Assembly (NCBI GenBank): GCA_030583785.1
Contig: CP129475.1
Span: 479,559 to 543,558 of the forward strand
From: Candidatus Dojkabacteria bacterium
GTDB lineage: Bacteria > Patescibacteriota > Dojkabacteria > B142 > OLB20
Direction of reading: 5' to 3'
DNA length: 64,000 bases
In this document: one piece after another, positions 33,902 through 42,761 of the stretch
Position numbering within the stretch: position 1 is the stretch's first letter
How the letters are laid out: every line of letters begins with the position of its first letter
Made by a program: the position numbers and the translations under genes
The notes under the pieces: generated by a model
What the model saw: only the letters and a program-made list of their open reading frames with translations
What the model was told of the DNA's origin: nothing
Database searches by the model: none

Positions 33902-34555
33902 TTAATTATTTATCGACTGCTCTCCGATTTGCCCGCCTAAATGTAGCTTGGGCACTATCCTTTGTTCCAGATGATCATCATTCGAACTAGCTTGATCAAC
34001 AAAGTTTCCGGCTTGCGTAACCGGCTGCTGGGTAACGATCGCATTCAACTCTTCTTCATCGAGAAGCTCTTTACCTGCCTTTTGCTTAATTAGCTCGTAT
34101 ATCCTTGGCAGATATGGTTTAAGGGATTCAATTTCTCGCGTAATTATCCGAAGTGAGTATTCTTCGGCCTCATTCTTTCCTTTAACAAGTTCAAGGTATT
34201 CGGCAAGTTCTCTCTTTTGTTCTTCGCTCATAGATTTCTCAAATTCATCGTAAACGCCACTTACAAAATCTGCCCTAATTGAACCTGCGATCTCAACTAG
34301 TTCTGGATTTTTGATCAACTCCTTAAATTTGGCAAAACGAATATCCCCTTTAACACTATCGGTTGCACCTTCGTTAAAAATCTCTTCAACAAAATCACGA
34401 TCGAGACCTTTTTCGATTAGTGATTCTTCAAGAAAGATTTGCTGCGTTTTCGTAATAAACCATTCGATCTCGACATATCTGGATTCCAGCTCTTCGTCGT
34501 GCATGCCGCTTAGTATTTCTAGAACTTTTTTATCAAAATGTTTAATATTTGTCAT
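33902..34555 (-). CDS. Hypothetical acidic protein (217 aa)
   Basis: ORF only. Highly charged and helical. First gene upstream of 23S on the same strand. Confidence 0.45.
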   Translation of the reverse strand: MTNIKHFDKKVLEILSGMHDEELESRYVEIEWFITKTQQIFLEESLIEKGLDRDFVEEIFNEGATDSVKGDIRFAKFKELIKNPELVEIAGSIRADFVSGVYDEFEKSMSEEQKRELAEYLELVKGKNEAEEYSLRIITREIESLKPYLPRIYELIKQKAGKELLDEEELNAIVTQQPVTQAGNFVDQASSNDDHLEQRIVPKLHLGGQIGEQSINN

Positions 34556-34560
34556 TAATT

Positions 34561-36528
34561 TTAAGCCCCTGCTTGGGCAGGAACGGCAATTCCGCTATCG
34601 GTATAACTAAAAATATTAGCCAGATTAGCCATATTACCGAATCTGGCTTGCAAATGTCGCAATAATTGTGTCTTATTATCTGCTGCAAGATCTGGATAAG
34701 CTCCGTCAATAATAATAGTTTGTAACCCTTCAATAATTTGTTTGTAGCGATTCAAAAGATTTTTATCATCATCTGACCTCTCCTTGGCCATAGTCTCGAT
34801 GATTTTTGCTCTTTCCATTATCAAACGCCTGTATTCAAGTTCATGCTTTCTCATATCGTCGGTTATTCTTCCGTAATTCTCAAGATAATATTTTGATCCG
34901 TAGATTGCAGCAGAGAAACCACCGGCAGCGAGAAGTAGGTTAACTTGTGCCAAGCCTGCAACTCCAGAAACGCCAGCAATCCCAGCACCTGCCCCCGCAG
35001 CAATTAGCACTGGAACCATTACTCTTTGTGTCTTTCTAAGCCGTGCATAAAATTCTTGCCTTTTAGCTTCTAATAGAGCCTTTTCTGTCCCATAGGCACT
35101 ATACTCTTCACGAGCAGCTTGAAATTCTTCTCTGAATTTAACCTTTACATCACTGCCACCTTCTCCTTTGATCGTCATGGTACCTAGTTCAAGCTCAAGT
35201 TTTCGAAGTATTGCCTCTCGAATAGTCGTTGGAAGCCTTTTAAAGGCGGCTGACTGCTCTAGATTAGCCTTCATTGTATCGAAATCCATTGCTCCATCCG
35301 AGTCACCGGCAACTTCTTCTACCTGATCTCTGAAATTGACGATTTGTAAGATCTCTGCCCGTAGAGTTGGATTAATAGAAAGTTTGCCAATAAGATTTCT
35401 GACCTGCTCTGCCGTAAGACTGGTTCTACTGTTTTCAAATTCTCGCTTTATTAGACCGGCAATTGCATCAGCGTGCTTGATCTTGTCTGCTTCAGAAAGA
35501 TTATTGATTGCTTGCACCCGACCAATCAATCCGTCAATACTACTTTCTGTGAGTTGTGCCGTATCGACAGCTTGAATAAGACCTGCCGCTTCTCGATCTG
35601 CTTTTATTGTCCTGATTACTGATTTTTGCTCGTCGGAAATATCTGCATCATCTAACAAAGCATCGAGATCTTGGTCGGTAAGATTGCCCGCTTTTAGACT
35701 TTCTCTAATTGTGGTTTCATACTGCTTAATTGCTTTTCTCTTATCAATCAGTTCTTGTGTTTTGTCAGGTGGTGCCGTGACTTGATCAGGGAGTGTCGTT
35801 GTATCAACTGCATCAGCCCTATCTAGAGCAACATCAGGTGTGGGAGCATCAGCAGGTGTGGAATCAATATCAGGTGTGGGATCATCATCTGCGTCTTCGA
35901 GACTACCTGCAGTACTGGTAGCCACATCTATAGTCAGTTCGTACTCTTTTATCTTTTCAACAATTCCCGACTTAAGTTCTCTGAGCTCCACCAAATTATT
36001 ATTAACTGCTAATATGCTACCAAGTAACTCAGTCAGAGCCTTAGCATCTTCGATGTTTGTAGCATCAACATTCCCTTCATCTATCAGTCTAGCCTGTTGT
36101 ATACGCGAACCAATTTCCGTAAGAATTTTTCGTTTTAGTTCACCATCTTCTATTCCTTGAGTATTCATTGCATAATAAGCAAGCGTATCTGGTCTTAGAC
36201 TTGCAGGGTCAAGAAGGTTCTTGTCGAATAGTTTCTTTAATACTTCGAATTTTCTTGCTTTCTTCTTTTCATCTCTTCTATCTTGGGGGATTGATTGATC
36301 GTTATCGATTTGTGCGTCGATTGAACCTAGATTCAGCTGATTGGATATAACAGGTTTTAATGCCTCGACCTGATCATCGGGGACATTTATCTCTCCACCA
36401 GCGTAAATGCCCACAAGCTGGACATTCGCCTCGTTTACTAATTCTTCTTGTTTATCAGCTTCAGTAACCCCTGTTCGTGTTTCTGTTATTGATTCTAGAG
36501 TTGGTCTTGGAGATGAATCTGCACCCAT
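34561..36528 (-). CDS. Hypothetical 655-aa protein with C-terminal glycine-zipper transmembrane hairpin
   Basis: A ~40-residue Gly/Ala-rich hydrophobic segment ('VMVPVLIAAGAGAGIAGVSGVAGLAQVNLLLAAGGFSAAIYG') inside an otherwise charged, coiled-coil-like protein. Its start codon overlaps the upstream gene's stop codon (TAATG). Confidence 0.5.
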   Translation of the reverse strand: MGADSSPRPTLESITETRTGVTEADKQEELVNEANVQLVGIYAGGEINVPDDQVEALKPVISNQLNLGSIDAQIDNDQSIPQDRRDEKKKARKFEVLKKLFDKNLLDPASLRPDTLAYYAMNTQGIEDGELKRKILTEIGSRIQQARLIDEGNVDATNIEDAKALTELLGSILAVNNNLVELRELKSGIVEKIKEYELTIDVATSTAGSLEDADDDPTPDIDSTPADAPTPDVALDRADAVDTTTLPDQVTAPPDKTQELIDKRKAIKQYETTIRESLKAGNLTDQDLDALLDDADISDEQKSVIRTIKADREAAGLIQAVDTAQLTESSIDGLIGRVQAINNLSEADKIKHADAIAGLIKREFENSRTSLTAEQVRNLIGKLSINPTLRAEILQIVNFRDQVEEVAGDSDGAMDFDTMKANLEQSAAFKRLPTTIREAILRKLELELGTMTIKGEGGSDVKVKFREEFQAAREEYSAYGTEKALLEAKRQEFYARLRKTQRVMVPVLIAAGAGAGIAGVSGVAGLAQVNLLLAAGGFSAAIYGSKYYLENYGRITDDMRKHELEYRRLIMERAKIIETMAKERSDDDKNLLNRYKQIIEGLQTIIIDGAYPDLAADNKTQLLRHLQARFGNMANLANIFSYTDSGIAVPAQAGA

Positions 36529-36797
36529 TAATTCTTTTTATAATTTTCTAAATATTCTTGAGTGATACTTCCTCGTTCTACATCTTTATCAAAATTGAGT
36601 ACCATCTCGATAACCTTCTTATCATCATAGCCTTTTTTGCGCAGGTTTTGAACAAATCTTCGCAAGAAAGAATTGCTCATACGAGGTGCAGTGTAGATTG
36701 CTTTTTCTGCAGGCTTATCTAGATTAAGAGACGAAGTAGCTCCTTCTGCCATTGCCTTCAATATTTCTTCGGGTGACTGTGATTGTTGCATATTCAT
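36528..36797 (-). CDS. Hypothetical small protein (89 aa), translationally coupled to downstream gene
   Basis: ORF only. Its stop overlaps the next gene's start by 1 nt. Confidence 0.4.
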   Translation of the reverse strand: MNMQQSQSPEEILKAMAEGATSSLNLDKPAEKAIYTAPRMSNSFLRRFVQNLRKKGYDDKKVIEMVLNFDKDVERGSITQEYLENYKKN

Positions 36798-36826
36798 TTC
36801 TTAAGCTAATTTATTATACAGAAATA

Positions 36827-39800
36827 TTATTGTCTTGGAACATTCCTAAGTCTGGCTATACTAAGCGCAATTTCGTTAGCTTGGTCCGCATTGTACCCTT
36901 TTGTTGCGAGTAGAGCACGAACATTAGCATCGTTGACTGCGCCGGCCTGAGTAAGAGACCGCTCAAGTGCAGTCAGCGAAGCATTGTCACTTATCAGTGT
37001 TTGATACTCAACGCGTTCATAGGTCTTAAATCCAGGGAACCTACTTAATAAATTGCGTTCTTCTTGCAAGCGAAGATATGCAGCCTCAAGAGTATTCATA
37101 TAATCGAAAGTTCTTTTACCTGTCAGCTCAGTCACAATCTGCTGCCAAGTCTGGTTAGTTAAATCTGCCGGCAATGTTTCTGCAAGTTCTCTAATTGAAC
37201 CACTTGTGCTATTTCGTAATATTACAGCAACGGAATATTCTGCCTGAACCTGTTCATAATTGAGAAGTTTTATTAGTTGACCTTTTATACCTAGATCTAA
37301 GCGAGTTAACTGTACTTCTCTCATAAACAATTCAATCGCATTCTCTTTCGACACGACACCTTTAGATACAATTCTATCGATATAATCCCCTAAAAATTCT
37401 GAGTATCTAATCTGCTTGTAAGCATCTCCGTCGATAGTTTGGACAAGTCTTGCAAAGAAAGAAATATCGAAAGGATGATCAGCAGCTGATGGGAACTTAA
37501 GACTATTCGTGAAAATAATATTTAGAATTGGAAGATCTTCATCTTCGACCCCTCGTCTAGCTAGAACTTCTTCTAATACCGCTTCTGGCTTAATTCGACT
37601 TGTTTCAGTATGCCTATCTTCTGCCATCGAAAACGCCTCTTGATGTAAAATCAGAATCTCGGCTGCAACATCCATCAAATCTCCGAAATCAAGCCTATGC
37701 TCAAGTAGCTCGTCCCTGTCTTGAATGCTTTTTTCTGTAATCTTAGCACCTAGCAATGAAGCATATGCTGTTCGGGTTGTATCATTAATGACCTTTGATT
37801 CATAATCTGCTCGTGTATAGTTTTTCGGTCTCTCGGATCTGCCAGTATGTTGCACTTTGATTCCTTTGGATCGCATTAATGCACGGATTTTATCTGGCGA
37901 AGAAAAGTATGAAAGCTGTGAATCATTTCCGACCTCTACAGAAGATTCAATTCTCCTAAGTGCCTCGTTGAATAGCCTCTCTTGGAAACTATCGTAGAGA
38001 GATTCGTAGAAATATTGATTCTCTTCATTCATCAGATTCTGATCCTCCGCTTGTTCGATAGCTTGCAGTATATATCGGTACTCTCTAATTGATTCGACCC
38101 TCTGATCTAGGGCTGGAGCTGCTGTTTCGGGCTGTGCCCAAAAACGGAATGACCTTCTTCTTGTTGGTTGAGTAGTTCCAGCAGTTTGTCTAGCAAACTC
38201 TGCTCTAGCCTTAGCTCTAGCAATCTTTTGCAGGTCAGAGTATATCTGCCGAGTCTCGTTTCTTAGTTTTGCGTTCTGTTCATCTTGAGGAAAGCGAACG
38301 ATTTGCTCTTGCAGAGCCCTCCGTCTAAGTTCAATGTTGTGCGGGCTAATCACCATTAAAATACTTCTATTTGAGTGGACCTCTTGGGTGAGTATTCTAG
38401 CGAGTACACGCATTTCTGAAAAACCCAAGCCATACCTAAACGCATAATCACGGATATAATTACCCAGATCAGGTTTGAGTTTACTTTCTCTTGCTTGAAG
38501 TTTTGCACTTTCAAACTGTTCTGCGATTTCATCGGCAAGGTAAAGGAGCTCGGGGTAACCGATAGTCTGATCGTTACTTCTTAGACCAAGATATGCTTGG
38601 TTTATTCTATAAGCATAAGAATTCTGGTTATTAACTTCTTTTCGATGTTCATCTAGAAAATCATCTACCGTCGCTTTTAGATTTGCATATCTTTTCAGAT
38701 AATGCACAGATCCTACAACCCGCTCATTTAAGAAGCCAGCACCAGCATGCCTAAGCTCTTGTATGCTAAATAAATCGTCCGGATCCTCTGGTCTTAGACC
38801 GAATGTCAACATATCTTGCTTAAGCCTTAAGATTTGTTCTTGATCGGCCCCTTGACTAATCAGATAATTGATCCGATCATTAAAAGCTTCTCTTGTAAAT
38901 TCCTGTAAAAGTGCTACTTCCTCATCTACAAGATCACTTCTCTGGCTTTCTGCTCTAATTTCTCTTACGATTTTCTGAAATATTTTCCCTGCCTTATCTT
39001 CGGCTTCGCTAAAACTTAACGGAGAATTTGTGTCAAACTCTGCGTAATTCTTGCTGGTACCAAGTACAACTTTTGTCGTTTTACTTGTGTACAGATTTTT
39101 AAAGTTGATAATGTTTCCACCTGCAGGTAGTTGAAATGAACACTCTAGAATCAAAGCTTCAAGCTCTCTGTCACTAAGAGGTACGAAATATCTTCCTCCT
39201 GCAATTTCTGCTAGAAAGCTTTCGAAAAATTCTCGGTCAACTGGTTTTCCTAAACTTATTGCCTTCTCTTTAGCCAGCTGAAGCTGTTTAGAAAAAATGT
39301 CGCGATATATTCTTTTCTGAAAATATGATTGCTCAACAAGGGTATTTGTTCGTCGTCTAATATCTACTCTGCCTTCTGCAATTTTGTTCCTAGCACCTCT
39401 AGTTTCTTCGCTCTCGTGAGCACTTTGTCCTCTTCTTATGTTAGCTAAAGCCGCCTGAGCTATATTAAATTCATCTTCTGATAAGACTGCTTCTGTGTCT
39501 GTTTGACTGGTTTCTGCTCTTAGATCAGGTGTTGAAGCTTGATTAGAAGACCAGATATTTTGTATCTCTTGCGCCGTTAGATGGTAACCATGCTTTTCTG
39601 GATCAATCTTTTCTGCAATAAGAAATGCATCTAAAACACCGATAGTACGCTCTAGATCAGGTGGCATTCTTTTGCCTTGCTTTAGATAAGCTGATCCCCT
39701 TTCTTGAAGTTGTTTTAATTTAGCGGTAACAGCCATTGCCTCTGCAACTTCTAATGTGTCTCGATTAGGGTTAAAGCCTTCTGTTCCGTACAAATCTGTG

Positions 39801-40621
39801 ATTTCAATGTTTCTCAACTTTATCTCAACTCCATCGCTAATACCTTCTGTTGCCGCTACTGTTAATTGACTAGCAGAATCTTCTCTGCTAATCTTTTCGT
39901 TCAATACCTGCATGGAAACTATTGCCAGATAATCTTCTTGTGAAAACTGGATACTAGAATTTGACCCTTGTGCCAACAACAAGGGCGAGATTTGTTCGGT
40001 TCTATCTATCGTTTGCGTTATAACCTGTCTGAGCAATGCCTCTCTCACTCGAGGAGTTAATGGTTGTTTCTTTGCAATTTTTTCAATCTCGGAATTTACA
40101 GAATCAAGATATACGGTAATTTCAAGTGGTGCCTGATTTGTTCTTAGCCCAGAAAACAAGGCTTGCTTAAAGTTTTTAAGGCTGCTGATTCCAGACTGCA
40201 CAACCCTCTCCGGTCTAGTTGGATTAATTGTTCGTAAGATTTGTGTTTTTGCCTTTTGACGAATTCGGCTACCTTCGAGAATTAAAAGCTGAGGATCAGG
40301 CAGTTCAGCTGTTTCTTGAGAGGGACCAAGCCAGCTATTGCTTTCTTGCTGCGAAACCTTGAATAACAAATTCGTAAGATCGGTATTCAGTTTAGTGGCA
40401 TCTTGGTCACTTAGGCTTCGTTCTTCAGCATTAAGCAATTGCAATGTTTCTACGAACAGATCGTTTGCATCAGAAATATTTACTTCAGGACTTGTCTGAG
40501 TTGACTCGTCATCTGGCCTTAACAAGCTGTTTATTCGAGCAGATAAACTAGCTGCCGAACTTTCCGGAGTAACACTAAATCCTTCATTTATTCTTCTTTT
40601 TGGCAGATCATTCATAGGCAA
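36827..40621 (-). CDS. Giant hypothetical protein (1264 aa), no recognised domain
   Basis: Long uninterrupted ORF on the same strand as flanking genes and rRNA. Rich in E/R/Q/L, predicted helical. No signal peptide and no TM segment. Confidence 0.55.
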   Translation of the reverse strand: MPMNDLPKRRINEGFSVTPESSAASLSARINSLLRPDDESTQTSPEVNISDANDLFVETLQLLNAEERSLSDQDATKLNTDLTNLLFKVSQQESNSWLGPSQETAELPDPQLLILEGSRIRQKAKTQILRTINPTRPERVVQSGISSLKNFKQALFSGLRTNQAPLEITVYLDSVNSEIEKIAKKQPLTPRVREALLRQVITQTIDRTEQISPLLLAQGSNSSIQFSQEDYLAIVSMQVLNEKISREDSASQLTVAATEGISDGVEIKLRNIEITDLYGTEGFNPNRDTLEVAEAMAVTAKLKQLQERGSAYLKQGKRMPPDLERTIGVLDAFLIAEKIDPEKHGYHLTAQEIQNIWSSNQASTPDLRAETSQTDTEAVLSEDEFNIAQAALANIRRGQSAHESEETRGARNKIAEGRVDIRRRTNTLVEQSYFQKRIYRDIFSKQLQLAKEKAISLGKPVDREFFESFLAEIAGGRYFVPLSDRELEALILECSFQLPAGGNIINFKNLYTSKTTKVVLGTSKNYAEFDTNSPLSFSEAEDKAGKIFQKIVREIRAESQRSDLVDEEVALLQEFTREAFNDRINYLISQGADQEQILRLKQDMLTFGLRPEDPDDLFSIQELRHAGAGFLNERVVGSVHYLKRYANLKATVDDFLDEHRKEVNNQNSYAYRINQAYLGLRSNDQTIGYPELLYLADEIAEQFESAKLQARESKLKPDLGNYIRDYAFRYGLGFSEMRVLARILTQEVHSNRSILMVISPHNIELRRRALQEQIVRFPQDEQNAKLRNETRQIYSDLQKIARAKARAEFARQTAGTTQPTRRRSFRFWAQPETAAPALDQRVESIREYRYILQAIEQAEDQNLMNEENQYFYESLYDSFQERLFNEALRRIESSVEVGNDSQLSYFSSPDKIRALMRSKGIKVQHTGRSERPKNYTRADYESKVINDTTRTAYASLLGAKITEKSIQDRDELLEHRLDFGDLMDVAAEILILHQEAFSMAEDRHTETSRIKPEAVLEEVLARRGVEDEDLPILNIIFTNSLKFPSAADHPFDISFFARLVQTIDGDAYKQIRYSEFLGDYIDRIVSKGVVSKENAIELFMREVQLTRLDLGIKGQLIKLLNYEQVQAEYSVAVILRNSTSGSIRELAETLPADLTNQTWQQIVTELTGKRTFDYMNTLEAAYLRLQEERNLLSRFPGFKTYERVEYQTLISDNASLTALERSLTQAGAVNDANVRALLATKGYNADQANEIALSIARLRNVPRQ

Positions 40622-40675
40622 ATTATTGCAAAAACAACGATGAATAGCTAGATGAATAGGATTTTGACAGATTGA

Positions 40676-42331
40676 TTAAACAGCTCTCGAGAAATCTGAA
40701 TATACCGCCAAGAATGACTTTACTGCAGGATTATCTTGATCGTCTGACTTGCCTAATTTAACTTTAGGAATTTGTGAATTATTAGATACAACTATTTCGG
40801 CAAAAGCTCGATGTAGATCAAGCCAAGCATTAAAATTAACACCTTCATTTTTATCTGCAAGGGCCACCGGTACAGAGAAGATCTCGTTTTCTAATTTTAT
40901 TCGGGCCCACCGTCTAAACTTTTCATACCCAGCCTGCATTTTAATTTTTCTAAGAATCTCTGTATACCTCAACATATGCTCAATACTGATGTACCCTTGT
41001 ATAGCTAGTCCATTAACTGTATCGAACGAAGTGAGCAGTAAATCTGGAGACAGTTCCTCATCTTTATCTAAACCGGATAGAAGATAATCTAAAGCCCTAG
41101 AAAAATAATTATCAATTTTGTCTCGATGCGCTGTTATCGTTCCCAGAATTTCGCCGAGGACTTGCATTTGCTCATCCACTGCAGTAATTACCTGAGCTGA
41201 ATGGTCTGAAAGTTCGGAAATATTTTCATTTGCTATTTTATTGTATGCGTCTCGAACTATCCCCTCTTTTTCCTTTCCCTCATCAATAACCGAAGCGATT
41301 CTCTTTACCTTCACCTCTTGATTTTTCACCAACTGTTCTAAAAACGAAATGTTCGATCTGACCGAAGCTGTAGCGACTGAACTGTTTCTGAATAGGTCGT
41401 CAGTTTGGAAGGCCATCATACCTAAGGCACTAAATAACAAGAGGGCATCCTGGTCGGTTTTGGGATCTAACAACCCCTTTTTCTCTAGCTGTGCAATTGC
41501 CCTTTTGATTACGACTATGTTTTCGGAGCTAATATATTTCCCATCGCTAGAGGAACTAATAATAGCTGAGTATGCGGTTACTAAAGCATCAAGTCCCCTC
41601 ACCCTAGTGAAGTCCAATGCAATAATGTCATCAGTTTGCATCGAACCATTTGTGATTGTCGTATGATATGGATCTATTGTTCCAGTAATTATATCTCCTT
41701 GTTCATTAGCAGATAGGATAGTTATATGGGCATGACTCTGATTCCATCTAGGTAAGAATCCGCCTGAAGCCATATACTCCCTAGATACATCTGGTGCATA
41801 CTTTACACCCGACAATAGAAGACGATGTTGATCCAATAATTGTGGATTTAGTTTCTCGGCTAAAGTTTCAAAAACCATAACATACAACTGGTTAAATGCT
41901 CTACAATTTGTATGCTTTCCCCTCTCTGGATAGCCAATACAATCAGATATACTCCCTCTGGTAAAACTATTCATACCTTCTTTGTGCGACCCTGATGAAG
42001 ACCACAGAATGTTATTTGTTAACGCCAGCAAGTCTTCTAAGGTAATTCCAGCTTGCGATTCAGAATTCTCCCAAGAGTGTAATAAGTGGTGATACTGATT
42101 ATTCTGTTCTAGATACGGAACAATAACATTGCTTTGTAGGTATTCGCTCTCACCTTGAAATACTTCTGGTGTAGCTTCTAATGTTAAATCAAAAGGTTCT
42201 CTTTGCTTGTCAAGAAATTCGCGAATTGGTAATGGAATCTCACCTTTTTGCTTAGAGTGCTCTGTAAGAGGGAGAATCTCAACTTGAGATTCATCATTAA
42301 CAGCAATTTCAGGGTTTGGGTCCGTTAGCAT
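40676..42331 (-). CDS. Hypothetical 551-aa protein
   Basis: ORF only. Contains a 'DCIGYPERG...SHAHITIL...GDIITGTIDPYH' region with a Cys...His...Asp order (speculative papain/transglutaminase-like triad). Confidence 0.45.
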   Translation of the reverse strand: MLTDPNPEIAVNDESQVEILPLTEHSKQKGEIPLPIREFLDKQREPFDLTLEATPEVFQGESEYLQSNVIVPYLEQNNQYHHLLHSWENSESQAGITLEDLLALTNNILWSSSGSHKEGMNSFTRGSISDCIGYPERGKHTNCRAFNQLYVMVFETLAEKLNPQLLDQHRLLLSGVKYAPDVSREYMASGGFLPRWNQSHAHITILSANEQGDIITGTIDPYHTTITNGSMQTDDIIALDFTRVRGLDALVTAYSAIISSSSDGKYISSENIVVIKRAIAQLEKKGLLDPKTDQDALLLFSALGMMAFQTDDLFRNSSVATASVRSNISFLEQLVKNQEVKVKRIASVIDEGKEKEGIVRDAYNKIANENISELSDHSAQVITAVDEQMQVLGEILGTITAHRDKIDNYFSRALDYLLSGLDKDEELSPDLLLTSFDTVNGLAIQGYISIEHMLRYTEILRKIKMQAGYEKFRRWARIKLENEIFSVPVALADKNEGVNFNAWLDLHRAFAEIVVSNNSQIPKVKLGKSDDQDNPAVKSFLAVYSDFSRAV

Positions 42332-42403
42332 TTCAATACTCGAATAATATTCAAGCTAACATAATTCAGTAATTGAATCTACTAGTCAGAAGAAGGAGAA
42401 ATT

Positions 42404-42480
42404 TGGTGGAGCTGGTGGGATTCGAACCCACTACCTTCGCATTGCAAATGCGACGTTCTAGCCAAGTGAACTACAGCCCC
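42404..42480 (-). tRNA. tRNA-Ala (anticodon TGC), canonical 16S-23S spacer tRNA
   Basis: The reverse complement GGGGCTGTAGTTCA...TTTGCAA...CCACCAGCTCCACCA has G3:U70, anticodon UGC and encoded CCA. Confidence 0.85.
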
Positions 42481-42564
42481 GATTTGGTGGAGCCCCAGGA
42501 CTTGCACCTGAAAGGAAGCTTTATTGGAGACCAATATTCTTCCAGCCCCATTATTATTCTCAAA
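42481..42564 (-). other. tRNA-like remnant (degenerate 3' half of a tRNA) between tRNA-Ala and tRNA-Ile
   Basis: Begins TGGTGGAGCCCCAGGACTTGCACCTG, which is the reverse complement of CCA + acceptor + T-arm (CAGG-TGCAAGT-CCTG). No matching 5' half, so a full cloverleaf cannot be drawn. Confidence 0.3.
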
Positions 42565-42641
42565 GTGAGCGATCCTGGGCTCGAACCAGGGACCTCGGTC
42601 TTATCAGGACCGCGCTCTAACCAGCTGAGCTAATCGCTCAC
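42565..42641 (-). tRNA. tRNA-Ile (anticodon GAT), canonical 16S-23S spacer tRNA
   Basis: The reverse complement GTGAGCGATTAGCTCAGCTGGTTAGAGCGCGGTCCTGATAAGACCGAGGTCCCTGGTTCGAGCCCAGGATCGCTCAC is near-identical to typical bacterial tRNA-Ile-GAT. Confidence 0.85.
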
Positions 42642-42716
42642 TCTGACGATAATATTGGCATAATGATTATACTTGCATCAATCAAGTTGCGCAAGCGTTA
42701 GTGATGTTTAAACTAA

Positions 42717-42747
42717 GAGGCGCCGTCCAAAGGACGGCGCCTCACGA
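42717..42747 (-). terminator. Strong GC hairpin downstream of the anti-sigma-like gene (terminator or processing stem)
   Basis: GAGGCGCCGTCC-AAA-GGACGGCGCCTC, a perfect 12-bp stem. The downstream sequence on the minus strand is only weakly T-rich. Confidence 0.4.
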
Positions 42748-42761
42748 TTAACCCAACAATC

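Noticed and set aside
42373-42633. 86-aa plus-strand ORF spanning the tRNA-Ala/tRNA-Ile spacer
   Set aside because: Its sequence is the antisense of two well-formed tRNA genes. No coding support.
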